Positions 10,901 through 18,655 of a stretch of DNA of 64,000 nucleotides are shown one piece after another (within the stretch, counting starts at the first letter, position 1; every line of letters begins with the position of its first letter). Source of the DNA: Thermoanaerobaculia bacterium. GTDB taxonomy: Bacteria; Acidobacteriota; Thermoanaerobaculia; Multivoradales; Multivoraceae. The translations under genes and the position numbers were made by a program. The DNA is taken from NCBI GenBank assembly GCA_965116145.1, contig OZ220482.1, positions 1,729,450 through 1,793,449 of the forward strand, read 5' to 3'. The notes beneath the pieces were generated by a model. The model did not search any database. It was given only the letters and a program-made list of their open reading frames with translations, and was not told where the DNA came from.

Positions 10901-11462
10901 GGCTGACGGCAGGACCAGCGCCGACGGTCCGGCCGAGACGTCCGGTCGGTACCCCGGCCTCCGCGCCGGCCAGGTGATCTCCCTGACGGACCCGGCGGCC
11001 CCGGGGCTCCTGGTCAAGCCGGACGTTGCACGCCGCCAACTGGAGGCGGAAAGCGCCCCGCCGCCGAGCGCCGCCGGCCCCGCCGCTGCGGCCGGCGCCG
11101 CGACCGACCAGACCGGCTCCGGCAAGACAGCGGCCGGCGCCGCCGCGGGGGCCGCTGCCGGACAGACCCCTCCGCAGGCGCCGGGCCCCAACCGGTTCGA
11201 CGGCGCCGTCTCACTGGACGCCACGCGCGCCGGGTACGAAGCGAGCCGGATCGCCGACGAGGTCATCACCCACCTGGCCAGCCTCGTCGGCTCCAGGGTC
11301 ACCGTGACCCTGGAGATCGAGGCCGAGTTCCCGGACGGGCCGCCTGACCGACCGGACGGGGCAACGGATCGCCCGGGCGGTGCACCGGACCACGTCGTCC
11401 GCACCGTGACCGAAAACTGCCGGACCCTGAAGTTCAGAAGCCACGGCTTCACGCGCGAGTAG
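7977..11462 (+). CDS. DUF499 P-loop ATPase with N-terminal Swt1-like HEPN domain
   Basis: The N-terminus carries the HEPN Rx4H motif (RNRWAHQ). The DUF499 hallmark P-loop FGGGKTH is present. A long Ala/Pro/Gly low-complexity linker precedes a roughly 90-aa C-terminal domain. Confidence 0.85.
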   Translation: MAATNHERVGKALELLRAGLAPFVDREMKRAVRNGRLDRSVLDSFNDPRLHQRPLVEWDAAALLKLMWDHWNSVFRDVLGPAERSFVGELRGHRNRWAHQEAFSGDDAYRALDTAGRLLTAVGATKEAAEVDQSKTELLRERYDQQTRNQRRRQATLSIKSTASLKPWRQVVTPHRDVASGGYQQAEFAADLWQASHGEGAEEYRDPAEFFRRTHLTESLRRMLAGAAQRLAGQGGDPVVQLQTNFGGGKTHSMLALYHLCSGAAFTELPGVEDLMRESGAPDLPAVRRVVLVGNRISPGNPVTKADGTVVRTLWGELAWQLGGAEAFARIAADDLNATNPGDVLRQLLVEFGPCLILIDEWVAYARQLHDQGDIPGGSFETQFTFAQALTESAKVAGNCLLVVSLPASDTASSQADDVEVGGQRGRQALNRLRNVIGRIESSWRPASAEEGFEIVRRRLFEPFADPEKFRDRDVVARAFADLYRDRSHEFPPDCRDADYEQRLKAAYPIHPEIFDRLYSDWSTLVTFQRTRGVLRLMAAVIHSLWQKGDSSPLILPASLSIDDPQVQFELTRYLPAPWVPVIEKDVDGPQSLPQQIESEVTNLGKYSACRRVARTVYLGSAPSAGSAQRGLEDRRIKLGCVLPGEPPRVFEDALRRLASRATHLYQDGSRYWYDTRPTVTKLAQDRAEQLRREPDQVSQAIDANLRAALRERAGFSRIHIAPQSGHDVPDERDVRLVVLGARHEHRQEPDSPAQAAAAAILDSRGASPRLYRNTLVFLAPDQTRLQDLEEAVRHRLAWESILAERESLDLSPHQVKQADTQLQAAAESVNVRLPETYRWLLVPVQDDPAAAVTWNAARLSGHADLAVRAANRLKSDDRLAAALSGTRLRMELDRIPLWRGNHVPLPQLVEDFAQYLYLQRLQNPSVLLRAVADGVGLLTWEQDAFAWADSFDETGGGAVASGSSSGAGGAAVDGADGRTSADGPAETSGRYPGLRAGQVISLTDPAAPGLLVKPDVARRQLEAESAPPPSAAGPAAAAGAATDQTGSGKTAAGAAAGAAAGQTPPQAPGPNRFDGAVSLDATRAGYEASRIADEVITHLASLVGSRVTVTLEIEAEFPDGPPDRPDGATDRPGGAPDHVVRTVTENCRTLKFRSHGFTRE

Positions 11463-11671
11463 GCGGCAACCAGGCGCCGGGGGAGGGCCGGAGCGAGGTT
11501 CCGCAACGCGGACCCGAGGCCCGCTGCGGAGGGCCGACCGAAGCCGAGTCGTCCGGATTGCCAAACGAAGGATCATCCTGATAGCTTCTTGAGCACCGAG
11601 ACACTGCCCCGCGTTCCGTCCAGCAGCGCCTCCGTACCAGATCATCTTGGGTGCCCCAAGAGGGGAAACCC

Positions 11672-11905
11672 ATGACCGACACACTTCTTGTCGCCCGCAA
11701 CCTCGAAGGGGCAGGAATGCACACCGAGCAGGCCGAAGCCGTCGCCGAGGCCAGCCGTGACGCCGTGACCGAGAACAGCGCCACCAGGGCCGACCTTCTC
11801 GACCTGGAACTGCGCCTCACCCGGCGCCTCTACGCGCTCGCGATAGCCCAGGCCGCCGCCACCGCAACGCTCACCGTCACCCTGCTACGCCTGCTGGCAA
11901 CGTAG
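11672..11905 (+). CDS. small DUF1640-like coiled-coil/TM protein (paralog 2)
   Basis: MTDTLLVARNLEGAGMHTEQAEAVAEA...RADLLDLELRLTRRLY followed by a hydrophobic tail. The SD sequence AGAGGGG precedes the ATG at 11672. Confidence 0.55.
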   Translation: MTDTLLVARNLEGAGMHTEQAEAVAEASRDAVTENSATRADLLDLELRLTRRLYALAIAQAAATATLTVTLLRLLAT

Positions 11906-12081
11906 CCAAGACCGCAGTCGACGCCGCCTTGGCACCGCGGCTACGCCCGCGCCGCCTCCTGATCGGGGCGCCATGCGGTCCTGCGCCGACCCACGTTGTG
12001 GTCAACGTCTGTCAACTGCCGTGCTACGCTGACCACAGCCACAGCCGCCCACGACCGGCGGCGCAACCGGGAGTCACCGAC

Positions 12082-12342
12082 ATGGCCGACACCGACAGCC
12101 GCCCAGGGGCGATGTCCCTCTCCGACGAGAAGGCCACGCCCATGAGGGTCTACAGCTCTTTGCGAGAGGCGGAGGTAGCCGCCGCGCGCCAGTACCTGGC
12201 TGCGTCAGGCACTGCCAGGTCGAAGTTCGTGACGCGCGTCGAGCGGGCCCCATTTGGCAAGGGGTACGTAGTGCGCTCCGTCCCCGCCAGCTTCGTGCTC
12301 AACCCGCACCTGCGACGATTGCTCAGGCCGAGAATGTCATAG
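12082..12342 (+). CDS. hypothetical small protein
   Basis: ORF with a GGGAG SD-like sequence before the ATG at 12082. No recognisable domain. Confidence 0.3.
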   Translation: MADTDSRPGAMSLSDEKATPMRVYSSLREAEVAAARQYLAASGTARSKFVTRVERAPFGKGYVVRSVPASFVLNPHLRRLLRPRMS

Positions 12343-12445
12343 AGGTCGAAGACAAGAGCCAATAGCGGCCTGCCCTACGGAACTAGACCCTCGTCGCGCA
12401 CAAAGAAAGAGGGAAGAAGCCAACGACAAAAAGGAGAGCGTAAAC

Positions 12446-12643
12446 GTGAAATCTCGAGTGGAGAGAGGGAGTCAAAGAACCAAGTACGTCGTAATTGACT
12501 TGAATGCCACGAAAGAACTGCAGGACTGGATTCAGAGCGACAGCGTCAATCGTATCCTCAAGTTCGCGGAGACGGCAGAAAAAAACCTGGGCTTGAGGAC
12601 GGCCGGAAAGGACTCTTCGCATCGCACCAACAATGACGGCTGA
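12446..12643 (+). CDS. hypothetical 65-aa protein, first gene of the low-GC cassette
   Basis: GTG start with a strong SD (AAAAGGAGAG). Local GC is far below the genomic background. Its stop overlaps the next start. Confidence 0.45.
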   Translation: MKSRVERGSQRTKYVVIDLNATKELQDWIQSDSVNRILKFAETAEKNLGLRTAGKDSSHRTNNDG

Positions 12644-13334
12644 CCTGCTGGGCTCCCTGTCCCTGAGCGGCGTCGCGGGTTACGTTTTTCTTCGTTGGTC
12701 ATGCCTCAAACGGTTTGATATCCGACGTGCAACAGGAGAACATGTCGTCTTCTGTTCAGTAATCGCGGGAATTTCGTTTGTCGTGCTGGGGCACGGCGTT
12801 CCTGTGCCGGAGATGACGCAACTGGGTTTCCTGAAGCCATACTGGACCCCGCTGCTGGCAGTAGTGTCGGCGGCCGTACTGGCACCAACACTCAACGTGG
12901 TTTCCCGCATTGCGCATCACTTCGGGACTTCAAACCCATTGATTTTCCCTTCATGGGCTGCGTTTGAGCGTGATGCGATCATTCAAGAAGATCCTTTTGT
13001 TGAGGTTCTCAGTTCCCGAGAACCTCTCGAGCTCACCCTACGGGACGGTAAGACGTACATCGGCTTCGTCGTCGCGACCAGTACTCCCCGATCAGGTGTA
13101 TCCCGCGCCTCGAAGATCGTCTGTTATGTGGTGCCAGTACTGAGCGGCTACAGAGATGGACAGACTCAGCAATTGAAGCTCACAACGGGATACGCAGCAC
13201 TCTTGCAAGACGAGGAAAACTGGCACCGTCTGGAGATCGTCATTCCACGGTCGGAGATCACTCGTGCTCGCTTGTTTGACCTCGGCTTGCACGTTGAAGG
13301 CGGGTTCGTGTCGCTGTCCGGTCCCAGCGAGTGA
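12633..13334 (+). CDS. membrane protein (3 predicted TM helices) with soluble C-terminal domain, low-GC cassette
   Basis: Hydrophobic helices in the first 90 aa. The start overlaps the upstream stop and the stop overlaps the macro gene start, so the three genes read as an operon. Confidence 0.6.
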   Translation: MTADLLGSLSLSGVAGYVFLRWSCLKRFDIRRATGEHVVFCSVIAGISFVVLGHGVPVPEMTQLGFLKPYWTPLLAVVSAAVLAPTLNVVSRIAHHFGTSNPLIFPSWAAFERDAIIQEDPFVEVLSSREPLELTLRDGKTYIGFVVATSTPRSGVSRASKIVCYVVPVLSGYRDGQTQQLKLTTGYAALLQDEENWHRLEIVIPRSEITRARLFDLGLHVEGGFVSLSGPSE

Positions 13335-13828
13335 AGTCGCGACGAGAGGCGCTGATCTCCTTCAGGACCGGCGACCTCCTTGATGAGGACGCAGAGGCGT
13401 TGATCAACCCCGTCAACTGCGTCGGGGTCATGGGACGCGGGATTGCACTTCAGTTCAAGAAGAAGTACCCCGGTAACTTTCGGGCCTACGTCGCGGCCTG
13501 CAAGCGGAAGGAGATCGTTCCCGGACGCATGTTCGTCTTCGAGACCGGTGCGCTCCTGTACCCCCGTTTCATCGTGAACTTCCCGACCAAGCGTCACTGG
13601 CGTGGCAAGAGTCGACTCCGGGACATCGAGGACGGGTTGGAGGACCTTGCCAGGCTGATCCGCGAGCGCAGGATCCGCTCCATCGCTGTGCCGGCGCTCG
13701 GCAGCGGACTCGGCGGACTGGACTGGAGCGACGTGCGGCCGCGCATCGAGGAGACCCTGCGCGGCTTCGACGATCTGGACGCGGTCATCTTCGAACCGGG
13801 CAGCGCGCTGGAGGCAAGGAGCGCCTGA
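13331..13828 (+). CDS. TARG1/DarG-like macro domain protein (ADP-ribose hydrolase family)
   Basis: NCVGVMGRGIALQFKKKYPG and PALGSGLGGLDWSDVRPRIEE align with TARG1 motifs (CRMGAGIAVLFKKKFGG; PRIGCGLDRLQWENV). Confidence 0.8.
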   Translation: MKSRREALISFRTGDLLDEDAEALINPVNCVGVMGRGIALQFKKKYPGNFRAYVAACKRKEIVPGRMFVFETGALLYPRFIVNFPTKRHWRGKSRLRDIEDGLEDLARLIRERRIRSIAVPALGSGLGGLDWSDVRPRIEETLRGFDDLDAVIFEPGSALEARSA

Positions 13829-13978
13829 GGTTGCCGGCTCTCTGGCGGCCACCTGCGGCTGAACGCATAGCCCAATCAAGCGCGCAGCCAAGCCTCCCGG
13901 CTCGGTGATCGCCGTGGCCATCTCATGGAGTACGACACGCGACCGACTTGCGCCGTCCGTTGCTCTCCGCGAGGCTCC

Positions 13979-14218
13979 TCAGGCGAACAGGCGCAGGCCG
14001 AGCAGCAGTGCCGCCATCGTGGTGCCGTGAATCAACAAGGACCGGTACAAGGTCGCCTTCATCTCGGCGACCGCCACGTCCAGGTCGGCCTTCGTTGCTC
14101 CGCCCTCGACAACCGCCACACGGCGGGTTTCGACCACGGCGTCCGCTTGCGGTGCGTCCATGCCGGCGGCTTCCAGGGCGCGCGCTGCGGCGAGCGTGTC
14201 GAACGTGGCTGTGTTCAT
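13979..14218 (-). CDS. small DUF1640-like coiled-coil/TM protein (paralog 3)
   Basis: MNTATFDTLAAARALEAAGMDAPQADAVVE...KADLDVAVAEMKATLYRSLL followed by a hydrophobic tail. The ATG at 14218 was chosen by paralog alignment. Confidence 0.55.
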   Translation of the reverse strand: MNTATFDTLAAARALEAAGMDAPQADAVVETRRVAVVEGGATKADLDVAVAEMKATLYRSLLIHGTTMAALLLGLRLFA

Positions 14219-14285
14219 GCTGGAGCAGCGCATCAACTGCGTTGTTGTCGATGCGCGCTCAGGCCCATTGCGGCGGGGAACGAGA

Positions 14286-17200
14286 TCAACTGTCCTCGCC
14301 CTCATCGTCGTCGTCATCATCATCGTCGTCGAAGAGTCCGGGGGTCTCCGGCCGGTCGGGGGTGCGGGCGAGGCGGGTGATCTCCGGCCAGCTCTGGACC
14401 AGGCTGTTGTAGGACAGGGCTTCGGCGGCGCGCTTCTTTCGTTCGCATACCGTGTAGAGCCGATAGCAGAGTTCGCGGGCTGTCTCCGCCCGGCTTCCGA
14501 GGCGCTTCACCAGGTCGGCGGCGCCCTGTTCGCCGCCCGATTCGAGCACCCGAATCAGGTGATGGACTGCCTCCCAGGCAGTGAGGCGCGTGTCCGTCTT
14601 CGGGTCCCAGTCCTCGGGTAGTTCCTTCGGCGCCAGCAGGCGGACCCGGCCGCCTCGGGACTCGACGACCCCTGCCTCGACCATGCCCTCTACGCTGGTG
14701 TTCTTGGCCTTGGACAGGGTCTCCGCGATGCCGAAGTCGCCCTCGTCGAAGCCGTTCTGCTCGAACCAGGCCAGCGCCCAGCGGCTGTCCGCGTCGAAGT
14801 CGCCTTCCTGTTCAGCCAGCACCTCGTCGAGGATCTCGTTGATGAGCGCCAGAGCCTCACGGACAGACATCGCGTTGCCGGCGGCGTCAAGCACCCTCTC
14901 GTGGCGCGTGTATGCCGCCATGCCCGGTCCGATCGCGGCCTGGGCGAGGTCCACCGGCGCGACGTTGCCGGACTGCAGCAGCCGCAGCGCCTTCGGCAGC
15001 TCGGCGCGCAGCGCGGTCAGGAACTCGCGGCGGGTGGCCACCGGAGCGTCGGCAGGCCGGCGGCGGCAGACGAGGACGATGCTGGAGGCCAGGGCGTTCG
15101 TCCTCATGCCGACCATCCGGTTGCTGAGCTCGGTGCGCATCGGCCAGGTGCCGGTGATCGCGAAACCGGACCGGATCGCGGCGTCCAGGAAGGTCTCCCA
15201 ACCGGTGCTCGCCACCCCCGTGTCGCCCTTGCGTTCGGACTGCTTGAAGGCGTAGTAGATCGTGACCGGAAAGCCGGGATGCGCCTGTTCGGCAAGCCGC
15301 TGCAGCGCGTCCGTCATGCCCGAGAGAAAGAAGGTCTCTGCGGCGGCCTTGTTGCCGTGCCGGTAGGGCGTCGCCACCAGTTCCTCGGCCTTCGGCACGG
15401 CCATCGTTGCGAACAGATCCGGAAACACCGGTCTCAGCGAGCGGCGTAACCAGACGTAGAAGAAGTCCGACAGGTCCGCGTAGCCGATGTTGTCGTAGTA
15501 CGGCGGATCGGTGGAGATGACCTTGTCGATGCTCAGGTTCTGAGTGCCCGCATCCGCAAGAGCCGCACTGCCGGCAGTGCTTGTCTGTGATTGGGCCAGA
15601 ATCTTGACGATCCAGCCGCACATGGAAATCCAATTGCCGCTGGACGTGCTCAGGGGATTCGCTTCGGCGTGGTCCCATGTCATCGGGATCGCTTGCCGCG
15701 CAAACGTGTTTCGTATCTTCGTGAACCCGATATCCCAAGTGCAGATCGAGGAGGAACGATCGGCCAAACGGTCCACCGCGAGGCCCAGATACAGGCCGAC
15801 CGCCTCGGCATACGCCGTCGCCCCCACACCGCCGTCGCGGAGCGGCCGTCCGTCGTCGGCGAGACCTGCCGCCGCGGCGTCCTGGCGGACCCGCTCCATC
15901 GCCTCGGCGACGAGATCGGAGAAGGTCGTCAGCGCAACGAGCTGGCGGGAGGTGAACAGGTCACACCAGCGGAGCATCCCGTACTCCTGCACGCGAAAGC
16001 CGAGTGCCCGCTGCGGCAGGTCGGTCTCGGGTGCCCACTCGGGGCTTGCGTTGATCGCCGTGAGCTCCTGGCTGGCCGACGCGTCAAGGTAGAGGCGTTG
16101 CCTGTCTCCTTCCGCGACAACTGCGAGGAGACGAGAACCCAGTCGGCCTGCCTTGCCCTCCGCTCGCAGGTAGTCAAACGGCATCGGTGACCCGGACATC
16201 AGGCACAGAAAGGGGCTGCCGCTGCCGCCGGACTTCGTCCCCCGCTTCGTCGCCTCGGGATCCGGCGGCGGTCCGACCCTTACCTCGAACCGGTACCCCC
16301 GCCCCTCGATCACCGGCTCGACGTACGCCTCCTTGCCCTTCTTCGTCGACAGCATGAACGTCGACGCCAGGGGCACCTCCACCTCCGCAAACGCCGGATT
16401 CGGACTCCGCACCGTCCGCGCCCACAGCCACGCGATCACCGTCAGCTTCCGGCCAGCGTACGGCGCCAGGTCCGGACGAGCCCGCGCCATCGCAGGAGCC
16501 ACCTCCACCTGCGGGTACAGATGGCCGATCCGACGCTTCACCTCGTCCCGCATCCAGCGGCCGTAGCGCCGCACATCTTCCGCCAGCCCCTGCGCACCGC
16601 GCCAGTCCCCGGCCAGCAACCGGGACTCACCCCGGGCCGCCGGATGCACCGGCGCCTTCCCGGCAAACTTCGGCGGCACCTCGATCATCGCCTTGTTGAT
16701 CAGCACCGCCACCGGGTTCAGGTCACTGGCATGGGACAGAAGCCCCAGACGCTGCGCTTCCAGCGGCAACGCCCCGCCCCCCGCAAACGGATCATGAAAC
16801 CCCGGCAACACCCCCGGATCGAACAGCTCCGCCTGCCCGCGGATGACCCGTGTTCGCCGCACAGGTCCGCTCCCAGCTCGCCCTGATCTCGGCCCGAGCC
16901 CGATCGAGCAACGCCTCGTTGGACGTGTTCTCCCACAGCACCAACTCCTCCAGCAACCTGAACAGACGCTCTCGCTCCTGCGCCGCCGCGATCTCCGCCA
17001 GCTCCCGCCTGTCGCGGGAGGCGTCCACCTCCGTCTCGCCGCCCGCACCCGGCTTCTCGCCCGCCGCCCGGCGCAGCCCGAGCGCACGCTCGGCCGCTCG
17101 TCGTCTGGCCGGATCCGACAGCAGCACATCGACGTACTCCTGGGGATCGTCGAGCATCTGGGCGAAGATCACCGCCCGCGCCACGGCGAGCGGCTTGCGC

Positions 17201-17322
17201 GACCACCACAGGTGAAGGGTCGAGGGGTGGCCATGGCGAATGGACTTCTCCCGAGCGCCGGCGACGTTGATCGCATCGAGTGGCAACGCCACCTCGATGA
17301 GCTTCCTGCGATGGGGGTTCAC
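14286..17322 (-). pseudogene. DUF1156-type DNA methyltransferase, copy 1 (full length but frameshifted near codon 165)
   Basis: N-terminus [19 protein letters not shown]...[17 protein letters not shown] is the DUF1156 hallmark. A 1-bp insertion relative to copy 2 (caggcggagc vs caggggagc, at about 16832) splits the reading frame into ORFs 16792..17322 and 14286..17129. The C-terminus is intact and ends in a poly-Asp tail. Confidence 0.8.
14911..16827. repeat. inverted repeat, left arm (identical 1.92-kb core of the methylase paralogs)
   Basis: The encoded protein segment ELFDPG...AAYTRH is 100% identical to the copy-2 segment. The DNA is identical by direct comparison of sampled regions. Duplicated antisense ORFs (e.g. 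15591..16190 and 32520..33119) confirm the repeat. Confidence 0.85.
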
Positions 17323-17437
17323 TTGCGACTCCGTTGCAGTTTCAGGTGTGTCCGGCGCGCGAACGAGGCCCGACCTCGGGATGCGGAGGGCCGTCCTCCC
17401 TTCGGCTGGCGCCTACCCCGGCCGTCGGACCGGACAG

Positions 17438-17632
17438 TCACGACCGCAGGTCAAACCGTCCATCCGCTGTCGTTCCGCCGGCGTCCCAGTCGAAAAAGCG
17501 CTCGCGATAGTCCTTCAGGCTGACCAGGGCGGCCGCCGGAGTCTGCCGCCGACAGATCAGAACCGGCCCACCGCCTCGTTCAAGCTGGTCCAGGACGCTG
17601 CCAAGCGACCGGCGGAGATCAACGGTGTTCAT
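17438..17632 (-). other. Phd/YefM-like antitoxin-type module (64 aa), in frame with integrase 1
   Basis: MNTVDLRRSLGSVLDQLERGGGPVLICRRQTPAAALVSLKDYRERF resembles Phd/YefM antitoxins. It has its own ATG at 17632. No partner toxin lies downstream. Confidence 0.45.
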
Positions 17633-18655
17633 TATCTTCCTGGATTCGGTCACCCTTTCAGCCGGGCTGCCAGGTGTCAACCCTGACGAGGCCCCTGACG
17701 AGGTCGCCGACAGCGTCGTTGGCATGGACCCTGACGTGTCGTCAGAAGGCGCGTCCGAGGCGCCGTGGCCCTCCGTTGCCGGCGCCGCCAGAAGGGCGGC
17801 CATGGCGCCTCCGATCCGCTCGGCCGCCGCTTCGGTGTCCTTGTCGCTGACGTGAGCGTAGCGGAGCGTCATTCGTGCCTGCGAATGGCCGAGCAGCCGC
17901 GAGACCACGGGCAGGGGCACGGACCGCATCACCGCGTGGCTGGCGAACGTGTGCCGGAGATCGTGCAGGCGTGCGTCGGCGATTCCAGCCTCGCGGCGCA
18001 CCTTCCGCCACAGCGACAGCTCATCGGAGCGGCTCGTGGAAGGATCGGTCAGCGAGGGAAACACGTACGGACTTCTGGTTCGGGGCTGACGGGCAAGGAC
18101 GGCGCGTGCCGGCGCGTTCAGGACGACGGTGCGCGGCCCGGTCTTGGTGTCGTTCAGGCGCAGCGAATCCCCGTCGACCTCCGACCAGCGGAGGCGCACG
18201 ATTTCGCCCTTCCGACAGCCTGTCCACAGCAGCAGCCGGATGATCTCCGCCTGCTGCCTGCCCGAGCCGCGGCCGCGGTGAGCGTCCAGAGCGGCGTGCA
18301 GACGTTCGACTTCCGCCCTGGACAGAAAGCGGGTCGGCTTCGGGCGCCGGTTGCGGTGAATGCCGCGGGTGGGATTGGTGGTGATGTGACCGCATGCCAT
18401 CGCGTGGTGGAAGATCTGGCGCAGCACGTCCAGTGTGCGGTTCGCGCCGGCCGGGGCGGACCGGCTGTAGCGGTCGAACCAGGCATTCACCGCCTTGCGG
18501 TCGATTCGGTCGAGCCGCCGCGGCCCGAACGTTGGCAACAACTGGGTGCGCAAGGCGCTGTCCATCCGCTTGCGGGTCGACGGCTTGCAGCGGGCATAGC
18601 TCACTGTCCTCCAGACGCCGGAAACGAACTTCCTGAACGTGGGGGGCCGAGTCAT
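17438..18655 (-). CDS. tyrosine recombinase/integrase 1, read in-frame into a C-terminal Phd/YefM-like module
   Basis: Catalytic region HDLRHTFASH...LGHSQARMTLRYAHV. Start at MTRPPTF (ATG at 18655) overlaps the integrase 2 stop (ATGA). There is no stop before the MNTVDL... module at 17632. Confidence 0.75.
   Translation of the reverse strand: MTRPPTFRKFVSGVWRTVSYARCKPSTRKRMDSALRTQLLPTFGPRRLDRIDRKAVNAWFDRYSRSAPAGANRTLDVLRQIFHHAMACGHITTNPTRGIHRNRRPKPTRFLSRAEVERLHAALDAHRGRGSGRQQAEIIRLLLWTGCRKGEIVRLRWSEVDGDSLRLNDTKTGPRTVVLNAPARAVLARQPRTRSPYVFPSLTDPSTSRSDELSLWRKVRREAGIADARLHDLRHTFASHAVMRSVPLPVVSRLLGHSQARMTLRYAHVSDKDTEAAAERIGGAMAALLAAPATEGHGASDAPSDDTSGSMPTTLSATSSGASSGLTPGSPAERVTESRKIMNTVDLRRSLGSVLDQLERGGGPVLICRRQTPAAALVSLKDYRERFFDWDAGGTTADGRFDLRS

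Noticed and set aside
5778-11039. 1753-aa minus-strand ORF spanning the helicase and DUF499 genes
   Set aside because: Arg/Ala/Gly-rich translation with no motifs, antisense to two genes that have clear SNF2 and P-loop signatures. Typical long antisense ORF of high-GC DNA.
13331-13828. Calling the macro gene a DarG antitoxin of a DarTG system
   Set aside because: No DarT-like (DUF4433) gene is adjacent. The upstream gene is a TM protein of different character, so only the family resemblance (TARG1-like macro) is claimed.
17323-17437. A toxin partner for the Phd/YefM-like module
   Set aside because: The 115-bp gap to the methylase start contains no ORF, and no Doc, ParE or YoeB-like gene is nearby.
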